DNA of 64,000 bases, from the NCBI GenBank assembly GCA_030615175.1, contig JAUWZX010000001.1, positions 126,566-190,565 on the forward strand. Reading direction: 5' to 3'. The position numbers and the translations under genes were made by a program. Position 1 is the first letter of the stretch. Each line of letters opens with the position of its first letter. Below the pieces are notes generated by a model. That model saw nothing but the letters and a program-made list of their open reading frames with translations, did no database searches and was not told the DNA's origin. This stretch comes from Candidatus Parvarchaeota archaeon. GTDB lineage: Archaea; Nanobdellota; Nanobdellia; WJKC01. This document shows, one piece after another, positions 8,412-16,849 of this stretch.

Positions 8412-9950
8412 TTATTCTATCATCCCTTCTTCTCTTAATAATTCTTCTACAGTGTCAAGGATATTATCATATATGTGCAGGCTTACTGCATAGTGCGTGT
8501 AACTTCCTACCTGAACTCCTAATTCATCAGCCATTAATTTCTGCAGTTTAGTGATTGCGTAAACATTGCTTGGGAAGCCGCCGTAAAGGTCTTGTGATTT
8601 GAACATGACATGGAAGTCTAGTCTGCCTTTATTAATTCTTGGCTGAACAGTTACTAAGCAGGGAGCGTGAGGCATGCGCTTTAAACTCAAGTCCTTGTAA
8701 GGCATCCAAGTGCACATCACGACTCTTCTGAGGGTTGGGTCTTTTTTTAATAACTTAACTGCTTCCCTGACTTGGTCAAACTTTATTAAGCCCTTATCCC
8801 CTGTTTTTAATAATTCTTCGTTGCTTGCAATGTTAGGAACTTCTGAGCGCGCAACGCTTTCAGGGTAATGCCTTAAGCGCGAGTAATAAGTGTAAACGAA
8901 TTCATTTTCTTTTTCAATACCTTTTCCTTCAATGAATTCCTTAGCATACTTATTTCTTGCCTCGTACTTAGGGGCTTTGGGGTTCATGACAGGCTCTGCC
9001 AGCGCATCCTTAACGTGAATGATTATTGGCAGGTCGAACGTGCGCGCATTGTACTTGCCTACTTCATATTTCTCTCCGTAAAGGTATGCCTGCGTTAATG
9101 CCTTAATCCAAGCATCACTCAAATTCTTTGCTTCAATAAAAGTTGTTTTTAAGTAATCTTTTTCCTTAACATCTTCAGTGTCTTCTTCATAATCTTTTGA
9201 ATCCTTAAGGCATAATTCTGCTTTTTTTAATTCACTGCCTAAGTAAAGTGCGTGATGCAGGTCAGATATCAGTCCTAATTTAATTATTTTCTTGTTAATC
9301 TCTAATGCTGTTTTCCCAATAATTACTGTATGTTCTTTTCCTTTCATGAAATGCTTTGCCACTATGTAGTTATTCTTTGTTTCAATTTTAAAGTAGCCAA
9401 GTTCATCTTCTTTCCATTCCACTTCTGTTCCTTGAGCATTAATCGCGCTTTTAAACGCGTTGCCTGATTTTTTTTCAATGTCAAGAACATAGTCTTCAAT
9501 GCTTTTTGTTTCAGGAAGGTCTTTTATTATTTTTATTATTTCTTCAGGGTTTTCTGAGTTAATCACCTTTATGTTCTGTATTTGCTTTCTGAACCTTTTT
9601 ATTAATTCATCATTAACTTTTAATTTAGGGTCATCGCCTGTTGCATTAGTAATTCTTTTATTTTCATCCACGCCCTTATTTACTAAATTCTTTAAAGCAT
9701 TGCCCACATTATGCCCTTTGCTTTCCTTGCCGCAAATAATTATATTCCTAACCCTGCCGTTGCTTATTAAGTTCTTAATCATCCTGTCAATGCCTACATT
9801 TTCAGTAACGCATGAGCCTATAACCGCTATTCTTTTGCAATCATTGAATTCAGCGTTATCAGGCAGTGAGAATGAAGCTCTAGTGACTACTGCAGTGTCC
9901 CCTTTAAGGTTTAATATTTTGTAAGAGCCTTTTATTGGAGGCCAGGTCAT
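8412..9950 (-). CDS. thyA: Thymidylate synthase (archaeal ThyA type) fused to N-terminal MtrA-like corrinoid-binding and DUF4346 domains
   Basis: aa 1-150 MtrA-like (WPP, TENVGIDRMIKNLISNGRVRNIIICGKESKGH); aa ~178-257 DUF4346-like (DELGYF..HALYLGSELKKAE); aa ~270-512 TS (YTY..RL, DQV, RR, APCL, FKSQD, FPSN, SLHIY). Confidence 0.85.
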   Translation of the reverse strand: MTWPPIKGSYKILNLKGDTAVVTRASFSLPDNAEFNDCKRIAVIGSCVTENVGIDRMIKNLISNGRVRNIIICGKESKGHNVGNALKNLVNKGVDENKRITNATGDDPKLKVNDELIKRFRKQIQNIKVINSENPEEIIKIIKDLPETKSIEDYVLDIEKKSGNAFKSAINAQGTEVEWKEDELGYFKIETKNNYIVAKHFMKGKEHTVIIGKTALEINKKIIKLGLISDLHHALYLGSELKKAELCLKDSKDYEEDTEDVKEKDYLKTTFIEAKNLSDAWIKALTQAYLYGEKYEVGKYNARTFDLPIIIHVKDALAEPVMNPKAPKYEARNKYAKEFIEGKGIEKENEFVYTYYSRLRHYPESVARSEVPNIASNEELLKTGDKGLIKFDQVREAVKLLKKDPTLRRVVMCTWMPYKDLSLKRMPHAPCLVTVQPRINKGRLDFHVMFKSQDLYGGFPSNVYAITKLQKLMADELGVQVGSYTHYAVSLHIYDNILDTVEELLREEGMIE

Positions 9951-10462
9951 ACTTGCGCTTCCTTCTCAGTTGAGGCGACTCTTCCGCCCTGCCACTGCCC
10001 CCTGTACATATTAGTTTCCCCTTTCACTTCAAGGAATTGAATGTGAGCCACTCTTGCCCCTAATTCAAACTTGAACGGCTTGTTTCCTGAATTCTTTAAT
10101 CCGAATACAAGCCCTCCTTTGTAGCCCGGGCTTGTTGCTGTTGCTATTAATATTACTCCGCACCTGTGAAGCGTGCTCCTTGGGAAAGTATACATTACTA
10201 AGTTTTTAGGGACATTAACTGATTCCATTGTCTTAATAGTTACGTACTCTTCTGGCATTAATGTGTAATCCTTGTCCTTGCCATGCTCTGCTACTAATTT
10301 AACATTGCTCGTGTCCCTTTCATTTACTCCCAGGAATCCTTCGCTTTCCAGTTTGTAAACTTTGCCTACCCTAATGTCAAAGCCTGCTCCTTCAGGATTT
10401 GCTTTTTCGCGTTCGCATAAGTTTTTAACAAAACCATTAATCTTGTCAACGCCCAGTATCAT
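9947..10462 (-). CDS. dUTPase/dCTP-deaminase superfamily protein (trimeric beta-clip)
   Basis: GFDIRVG, FPRSTLHRCG, PGYKGGL, GARVAHIQF, YRGQWQG; start placed at MILGVDK (10462). Confidence 0.8.
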   Translation of the reverse strand: MILGVDKINGFVKNLCEREKANPEGAGFDIRVGKVYKLESEGFLGVNERDTSNVKLVAEHGKDKDYTLMPEEYVTIKTMESVNVPKNLVMYTFPRSTLHRCGVILIATATSPGYKGGLVFGLKNSGNKPFKFELGARVAHIQFLEVKGETNMYRGQWQGGRVASTEKEAQV

Positions 10463-10547
10463 TGAATTTCTTGAGTTCTCTTCCACTTTAAAATTTTTCT
10501 CTTCCTCTTTTAAAATTTTATATATTCTGAGGTTCGTTAAAATAATC

Positions 10548-11075
10548 ATGAGATTATTTTTAGGAGCGCCTCTGCCAGTGGATATTAGAAAATTACTGGT
10601 TAGTCTTTATGAGTTATTTAATTCAGTTCCCTGCAAGTTAAAATTTGTTCCTTTTGAGAACCTTCACATTACCCTGCGCTTCCTTGGCGAGCAGTCCAGT
10701 GCCAAGGAAATTATTAATTCGCTTTCAGGAATTGATTTTAATTCATTTAATGCTTCTATTGAGAATTTCTCAGTCTTTCCAGGTCCTAAGTTCATCAGGA
10801 TTATTCATTCCCCGGTTACTCTTGGCAGCGGGGGATTTATTGAGTTGTATAAAAAAATTACTTCTTCATTAAATCTTAAGCCAGAGCGCTTCACTCCTCA
10901 CGCCACCATTGCGCGCGTTAAGGGTGAGTGCAGTCCAATTAATATTTTGTCAATAACTCATAACATCACTTTTAAGGAGGAATTCACTGCATCATCATTT
11001 AATCTTTACAAGAGCACTCTTACTCCTAAAGGACCAGTTTATGAAGTGCTTAAGGAGTTTAGACTTAAAACATAA
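10548..11075 (+). CDS. thpR: RNA 2',3'-cyclic phosphodiesterase (2H family, 2'-5' RNA ligase)
   Basis: MRLFLG start, two HxT motifs (HITL, HATI), LYKSTLTPKGPVY. Confidence 0.92.
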   Translation: MRLFLGAPLPVDIRKLLVSLYELFNSVPCKLKFVPFENLHITLRFLGEQSSAKEIINSLSGIDFNSFNASIENFSVFPGPKFIRIIHSPVTLGSGGFIELYKKITSSLNLKPERFTPHATIARVKGECSPINILSITHNITFKEEFTASSFNLYKSTLTPKGPVYEVLKEFRLKT

Positions 11076-11112
11076 CATTTAAAATAAGATGCTTGCATAA
11101 CTTTTTTCTTAA

Positions 11113-13101
11113 ATGAAGCTAGTTATTTGCGAGAAACAGATGGCAGCTAAAAGGATTGCAGGCATTTTATCTAATAATTCATGTTCAGAGAAGAAGATTA
11201 ATAAAATTATTTATTATGACTGCGGTGACTTAAACGTTATAGGATTGTCAGGTCATGTTTTTAATATTGATTTCCCGGAAGAGTATTCTTCATGGAGTAA
11301 GGTGAAATTAAAAAAATTAGTTAAAGCAAATATTGATTACATTCCTGATAAGAAACCAATTATTAATGCTGTTAAGAAGCTGGCAAAAAAAGCTAAATTA
11401 GTTATTATCTCAACTGATTTTGATACTGAGGGGGAGAGTATTGGGCTTGAGGCTTATAATATTGTCAAGTCAGTTAAGGATGTGCCTGTTAAGCGCGCCC
11501 AGTTCTCAACCATTACAGAGGAGGATATTAATCATGCTTTCTCTAATCTTTTTGAACTTGACTTTAATCTTGCTCACTCTGCTGATGCGCGCAGGGAGAT
11601 TGACTTGATTTGGGGTGCTGTTCTCACGAGATTCATTAGTCTTGTAAGCCACAGGCTTGGCAATTATTTCCTAAGTGTGGGCAGGGTTCAGAGCCCTACC
11701 CTGAAATTAATTGTTGACAGAGAGAAGGAGCGTCTTGCTTTTAAGCCAGAGCCTTACTGGGAGATTCCTTTGAAGTTGAGCAAGGATGGGAGTAAATTTA
11801 TGGCTCATTATGTTGAGCAGAAAATCTTTGACAGGAAGCTGGTTCTTAAGTTGCTGGCTTTAAAGCCTAAGGAGGCAGTTGTTAAAAGTATTTCTAAGAG
11901 GAGGAGGACTATTAAGCCTCCTGTGCCTTTTAATACAACTGAATTCATCAGGGCTGCATCAAGGATTGGTTTATCTTCAATGAATTCTATGAGGATTGCT
12001 GAGTCACTTTACCTTAAGGGTTTAATTTCTTATCCAAGAACTAATAATCAGGTTTATCCTGAAAGCATTAAGCTTGAGAAGATTTTAGGTAAATTAAAGA
12101 ATAGCAGGTATCCTAAATTTATTGAATCTATTCTTTCAAAGCCTTTAAACCCGTCTAAGGGCAAGGAGTCAAAGGATCATCCTCCAATTCATCCTACTGG
12201 TGAATTGCCTGAAGGACTTGATAGTCAGGAGGAGAGGGTTTATGACCTTGTTTTAAGGCATTTTTTAGCAACCCTGATGCCTTCTTGTATTGAGGAATCG
12301 ACTAGGGTGTTGTTTGATGTCTCTTCTTATGATTTTGTGAGTAATGGGATGCGAATCATTTCTCCAGGCTTTAAAGCTGTGTTGAAGAATTTTAAGGAGA
12401 ACTTGATGCCTAAACTTGTTTTAGATGAGTCAGTGCCAATTATTAGGATGAATGAAGTTTCTAAGATGACTGAGCCTCCTAACCGTTATGGTCACGGTTC
12501 ACTTATTAAGTTAATGAATGATTTGGGGTTGGGGACTAAGGCAACCAGGCCTGGTATCATTTATAAGTTAATTTCAAGGTTTTATATTTCAAGGCAGGGA
12601 TTGATTCCAAGTCCGGTAGCGTTTGCTGTTGTTGATGCTTTGAGCAAGCATGCTCACAGGGTTGTTGACCCTAAGATGACTTCTGAGTTGGAAGATAATA
12701 TGGAGGCTATTGCTGATGCAGAGGTGACTAAGGAGAAAATTGTTAGTGCTTCGCGTGAGTTATTGCTTGACGTGCTTGATGAATTAATGTCTAAGGAGAA
12801 GGAGATTAGTACTCATATCAGGGATGCGATTAGGCAGTCTAAGATTGTTGGCAAGTGCTCTAAGTGCGGCAGTGATTTAGTTATCCGTGTTAGCAGGGCT
12901 TCTCATAAGCGTTTTGTCGGGTGCAGTGGTTACCCTGCTTGCCATAATTCCTGGCCTCTTCCGCAGTCCGGCGGAGTGCAGGTATTGCCTAATGTATGCA
13001 AGAAGTGCGGTATTCATAAGATGATTTTAATCCGCAAGAGCAAGCGGCCGTTCACTTTCTGCCCTAATCTTGAATGCCCTTCAAGGGATAAGGATTCATA
13101 G
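11113..13101 (+). CDS. topA: DNA topoisomerase IA with C-terminal zinc ribbons
   Basis: TOPRIM ICEK and TDFDTEGE, SVGRVQSPTL, catalytic GLISYPRT, LGTKATR, CxxC ribbons. Confidence 0.96.
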   Translation: MKLVICEKQMAAKRIAGILSNNSCSEKKINKIIYYDCGDLNVIGLSGHVFNIDFPEEYSSWSKVKLKKLVKANIDYIPDKKPIINAVKKLAKKAKLVIISTDFDTEGESIGLEAYNIVKSVKDVPVKRAQFSTITEEDINHAFSNLFELDFNLAHSADARREIDLIWGAVLTRFISLVSHRLGNYFLSVGRVQSPTLKLIVDREKERLAFKPEPYWEIPLKLSKDGSKFMAHYVEQKIFDRKLVLKLLALKPKEAVVKSISKRRRTIKPPVPFNTTEFIRAASRIGLSSMNSMRIAESLYLKGLISYPRTNNQVYPESIKLEKILGKLKNSRYPKFIESILSKPLNPSKGKESKDHPPIHPTGELPEGLDSQEERVYDLVLRHFLATLMPSCIEESTRVLFDVSSYDFVSNGMRIISPGFKAVLKNFKENLMPKLVLDESVPIIRMNEVSKMTEPPNRYGHGSLIKLMNDLGLGTKATRPGIIYKLISRFYISRQGLIPSPVAFAVVDALSKHAHRVVDPKMTSELEDNMEAIADAEVTKEKIVSASRELLLDVLDELMSKEKEISTHIRDAIRQSKIVGKCSKCGSDLVIRVSRASHKRFVGCSGYPACHNSWPLPQSGGVQVLPNVCKKCGIHKMILIRKSKRPFTFCPNLECPSRDKDS

Positions 13102-13992
13102 TTCTGTTGTTATGATTTTCTCATCATTTAGTAGTATTGTGTTCTCGTGCTGGCTTACAATGCCCCCTGTTTTCTCAATGAGCATTGGGTAAGCGTGCAG
13201 TATTCCTTCACCTGTGAGTAATCTGAGTGCCGGCTTGTATAATTTGAACTTTCGTGCAATCCATCGTTCAGCAAACGGCAGCGTATTGTATTCCCTTCTG
13301 ATGAATGTAAGTACTTTTCTGCTAATCATTGACCTCGTAGGCTTCTCGCTTACTAGGTTATAAATGAATGCCCGGCTTCCGTTTTTAACGTAGCCGTCGC
13401 CGTTAGTTGCGAATGGTTCAATAGCGAATAAAGGTTCTTCAAGTTTTTTCTTATCATAATTGTCGTAATTAGGTATTATGAATCCTCCATGCTGCTGGTA
13501 TTGCATTAATGGGTGTCCGCCGAGGTTGTATATTGGGTTAAATCCTTCTCCGCTTATTACTTCGTGGATGATTCTTCCAATTTCTCTTAACTCTATTCCT
13601 TTTCTTGCTGCTTTCTGAGCTTTTAGTAATGCTTTGTTGCTTGCCTCTATTAATTTCTTATACCTGTCACTGCTAATCTCTACTGTGTAGGCAGTGTCGC
13701 CAATCCAGCCGTTAATGTGAACTCCTAAGTCAATTTTTACTACATTGCCTTCACTGAATACTCTTTCATCATTAACTCTTGCAGTGTCATGCGCTGCGCA
13801 TTCATTAAGACTGATATTTACTGGGAATGCTGGTTTTGCTTTAAGCCTTATTATTTCATTTTCAACTTTATCAGCGAAGTCGCTTATTAGCACTCCTTCC
13901 TTAATCCATTTCCTGCTTGCATTCTTTACTCGTGCAGTGATTCTTCCGGCATTTAATGCATCCTTATAAGAACTTTTAATTCTTCCATTCAT
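13096..13992 (-). CDS. map: Methionine aminopeptidase type II
   Basis: AFPVNIS.NE.AAH, KIDLGVH..G.IGDTA, NLGGH, AIEPFAT, SQHENT. Confidence 0.95.
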   Translation of the reverse strand: MNGRIKSSYKDALNAGRITARVKNASRKWIKEGVLISDFADKVENEIIRLKAKPAFPVNISLNECAAHDTARVNDERVFSEGNVVKIDLGVHINGWIGDTAYTVEISSDRYKKLIEASNKALLKAQKAARKGIELREIGRIIHEVISGEGFNPIYNLGGHPLMQYQQHGGFIIPNYDNYDKKKLEEPLFAIEPFATNGDGYVKNGSRAFIYNLVSEKPTRSMISRKVLTFIRREYNTLPFAERWIARKFKLYKPALRLLTGEGILHAYPMLIEKTGGIVSQHENTILLNDEKIITTEL

Positions 13993-14002
13993 TAGTGATT
14001 AT

Positions 14003-14089
14003 TAAGAAAGTAATTGCTTAATAATCTATTATAAGAGAATAATTGTTTAATCATTTATTATAAAATAATAATTGTTTAATAATTTATTA
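14003..14089. repeat. Three imperfect 29-bp tandem repeats upstream of map
   Basis: taagaaagtaattgcttaataatctatta / taagagaataattgtttaatcatttatta / taaaataataattgtttaataatttatta. Confidence 0.8.
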
Positions 14090-14455
14090 TATTAGTGAAA
14101 AATTCTTGTACAACCTTACAGTCCTGCTGTCATACGTGCTGTACTGCCCGATAAGTTTTAATTCATCACCTTTTGCGCGTGGGACTTTGTCCCAGCACCC
14201 CGAAAACTTTCTGTTTTCGTGGGCTTCATTCAGGTCTTCTTCCAAGCCGTGATAAGCAGTTACTTGTTTTCCAATAAGTTCCGGCCATTCATCTTTATCA
14301 TAGACTTCAACAATGTATTCAGTGTAATCTTCATACTTATTTATTGAAATCATTAGTTCGTCATTGATAATAAGTTCTGTTCTTTCATCTTCTTCAATTA
14401 ATTCACGTATAATCTTCGCTGCATTATGAATTAATGAGTAACGCAATTCTTCCAT
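14087..14455 (-). CDS. Hypothetical acidic protein carrying an in-frame palindromic insertion
   Basis: 122-aa ORF between polB and map; AHENRKFSGCWDKVPR is encoded by the 48-bp element. Confidence 0.6.
   Translation of the reverse strand: MEELRYSLIHNAAKIIRELIEEDERTELIINDELMISINKYEDYTEYIVEVYDKDEWPELIGKQVTAYHGLEEDLNEAHENRKFSGCWDKVPRAKGDELKLIGQYSTYDSRTVRLYKNFSLI
14174..14226 (-). mobile_element. Double-hairpin miniature element, copy A (48-bp core 14177-14224)
   Basis: Minus strand AAGCCCACGAAAACAGAAAGTTTTCGGGGTGCTGGGACAAAGTCCCACGCGCA; 50/53 identical to 16979-17031. Confidence 0.8.
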
Positions 14456-14478
14456 GACTTAAGCTTTGATAGTATCTA

Positions 14479-16806
14479 TTATTTAAAGTATTCGCTTAAC
14501 TTTTTCTGTTCTTTTTCAACGCCCAGTAATTCCATTATCCTGCCGATTGCAGGTATTACTTGATGATTAATGTAGTATTCAGCATCGTACTCTAATTCTT
14601 CGTTCTTAACTTCAAAGACTGGTCTTGCCTTGTCCCTAATCCTGCCCTTGCCTTTAACCACTATGTATTCAATCATCATTCCAGGCTCTGCTTGATATCC
14701 TTTTTCTAATAGTCTTTTTGCAACTGCAACGTGTGGACCAATTACCTTGTATTCTTCTATTGGTCTTTTTAACTGAACCCTGATGATTAATTCATTAATG
14801 TCTGTTTGCCCTTTTTTTAATTCATTAATTATTTTTTTAATAATTCTTGCTGCTTTTTCTTTACTCTTATCCTTTAATAATGCATTGAATACTTTGATTT
14901 GTGTTTTTTTTGCAATGCCTGCCCAGTCGCCTCTGATTGACGCGAATCCTTTAATCATTAAGTTCCCTTCTTTGTCTATCAGGGCATACTTCTTCTTAGC
15001 TCCTCTTTCACCATCCTTTAATGATACGAATAAGCCTCTTTCAAAGAATCCTTCTAATTCTAATTCCATTTTATCAGGCAAGTCCTTATTCACTTTTTTA
15101 AGGAATTTCTTGACTCTTTTTTTATTCGTATTCGTGATAAATAATGAATCAGTGTCTGCATAAGCAACATTGAATCCTTTCTTTTCCGCTTTCCTTATTG
15201 TTTCCTTTATTGTATTCCGTCCTATCCCTGTTATTCTCTCAGCGCATTCATAGCAGTACCATCTCGCGTTTGGGAATCCAAGGTAGCCGTAAGCAGCGCT
15301 TAGAATGTCCTTTAATGCATTGCTTCTTGCAAGCAGTATTGGGTCCTTATTACTTTTTAATTGTTTCTTGATTTCAGTTCTCTTTTTTAGTATTTCATTA
15401 ACAACTTTTGGTATGAATCCTTGTTTTTTCTGGCAGAACTTGCTTTTGCAGCAATTGCAGTTAATAGTTGTCGGGCAGATATTGAATATAACTGTTATTG
15501 ATGGGTAGAGGCTTCTGAAGTCCAGTACCGCAATTTTCTTATAAATGCCTGGTTTTGGCTCGTAAACAAATCCTCCTTTAAATTTCTGCATCCTTCTTCG
15601 CTCGAATACTTTGTCCCTGCCAGGCTTGTTTGGTATTAACTGCTTCGCCTCTTTTGCCTTGCTCATTAAGTAATTCTCAACTAACTGCGAGCGGCTGCTC
15701 CTAGCAGTGTCATACAGTGTTTGCTGGCTCATCCTTGATAATTCAATTATTAATGGATTTAATTTTTTGAATAACTTATAAGTTATTCTGGCATCATTGA
15801 ATGAGTAATCAATTAATTCCTCAGTTTTCCCTGCATCCCATTGCTTGAAGAACTGTTCCCAGTCATTTTCTACTTTGCGTTCGCCTATTAATTCGAAAGC
15901 AACTGAGTTAAGGTCTAAAGTATTGGTTTTCAGTTTATTGCTTAGTATTCTTGAAACAAATTGGAATAAGTCAATATTCATTATTCCTTTAATTCTTGAA
16001 ACAGTTTTTGCCTGCCTCTTGATTATTTTAATGTTGGAGCCGTCAACACCCCAGTCCATTCTTATTCTGTATTTATTCATGCGCTCCCTTAAGTAAGGAA
16101 GGTCGAAGTTATCGCCATTGTAACTTATGATGATGTCTGGCTGTTCTTCTTTAATTATTCTTGAGAATTCCTTAAGCATTGATTCCTCATTTTTAAAAAC
16201 TCTTGTCCTGTCATCCCTGCACGGCTTTGTTAGTAATACTTCCTTGTGCCCTGCGCCGTATAAGCTAATCATTATTACTGGGTCTTTTTTAGGATTGCTT
16301 GTTCTTGCATTGCTTGAGTAAGTTTCAATATCAAATGCTAATGCCTTAGGTTTCCATTCGCTGTCATGCAGTACTTTTACTTCATTTCCAGTCACGCTTA
16401 ACTTGTCAGTTGGTCTTAGTCCTTTGTCAATCAGGAATCTCTTAACGTATTTTATGTCATTCTCTCTTTTTGCAAGCACGCCTTGAATTTCTCCTGCTTC
16501 CCTGCTGATTGAGTAAACTCCTGCTGGTTCATTAATCATTATTTTAAGACATGATACTTTTTTTCCATAGTCTAATAATTCATTTTCTTCAGTGATTCCA
16601 GTAACGTAATGATTTTGCGTTTTAATATTAATTATTTTTTCCTTAATCTCATCTTTTCTTTTCTCATCAATTACTGCGTAAAAGTATGGTGGAAAATTAG
16701 TTATTTGGGCTGTGATTTTCTTGCCATTGCTTGTTCCAAACAACCTTATGACTGGCTCGCCTTCAATCACGTAATCAATGTCCAGCAACCTGAATTTAAC
16801 TTCCAT
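14479..16806 (-). CDS. polB: Family B DNA polymerase (archaeal PolB3-like)
   Basis: ExoI FDIETY, ExoII YNGDNFD, ExoIII YSFND, DFRSLYPS, YADTDS, KKKYA; archaeal N-terminal uracil-sensing region (PVIRLFG, PYFY, ENDI). Confidence 0.95.
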   Translation of the reverse strand: MEVKFRLLDIDYVIEGEPVIRLFGTSNGKKITAQITNFPPYFYAVIDEKRKDEIKEKIINIKTQNHYVTGITEENELLDYGKKVSCLKIMINEPAGVYSISREAGEIQGVLAKRENDIKYVKRFLIDKGLRPTDKLSVTGNEVKVLHDSEWKPKALAFDIETYSSNARTSNPKKDPVIMISLYGAGHKEVLLTKPCRDDRTRVFKNEESMLKEFSRIIKEEQPDIIISYNGDNFDLPYLRERMNKYRIRMDWGVDGSNIKIIKRQAKTVSRIKGIMNIDLFQFVSRILSNKLKTNTLDLNSVAFELIGERKVENDWEQFFKQWDAGKTEELIDYSFNDARITYKLFKKLNPLIIELSRMSQQTLYDTARSSRSQLVENYLMSKAKEAKQLIPNKPGRDKVFERRRMQKFKGGFVYEPKPGIYKKIAVLDFRSLYPSITVIFNICPTTINCNCCKSKFCQKKQGFIPKVVNEILKKRTEIKKQLKSNKDPILLARSNALKDILSAAYGYLGFPNARWYCYECAERITGIGRNTIKETIRKAEKKGFNVAYADTDSLFITNTNKKRVKKFLKKVNKDLPDKMELELEGFFERGLFVSLKDGERGAKKKYALIDKEGNLMIKGFASIRGDWAGIAKKTQIKVFNALLKDKSKEKAARIIKKIINELKKGQTDINELIIRVQLKRPIEEYKVIGPHVAVAKRLLEKGYQAEPGMMIEYIVVKGKGRIRDKARPVFEVKNEELEYDAEYYINHQVIPAIGRIMELLGVEKEQKKLSEYFK

Positions 16807-16849
16807 TACAATACTTTTTTAAGCAATTCTTTATTAAAAATCCTTTATT

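Noticed and set aside
9500..9950. MtrA domain as evidence of methanogenesis
   Set aside because: No membrane anchor and no other mtr/mcr genes; the domain is fused to ThyA in a nucleotide operon
10362..10549. Long N-terminal extensions in the ORF track (10362 thpR, 10549 dut-like, 18735 yjbQ, 26691 trm5, 3702 GT2, 23136 dph5)
   Set aside because: They overlap neighbouring genes or promoters; family-typical starts lie downstream
14003..14089. 29-bp repeats as a CRISPR array
   Set aside because: Units are directly adjacent with no spacers, and no cas genes are present
14174..14226. Hairpin element as a tRNA fragment or intrinsic terminator
   Set aside because: No cloverleaf or T-loop consensus and no U-tract; both copies lie inside open reading frames
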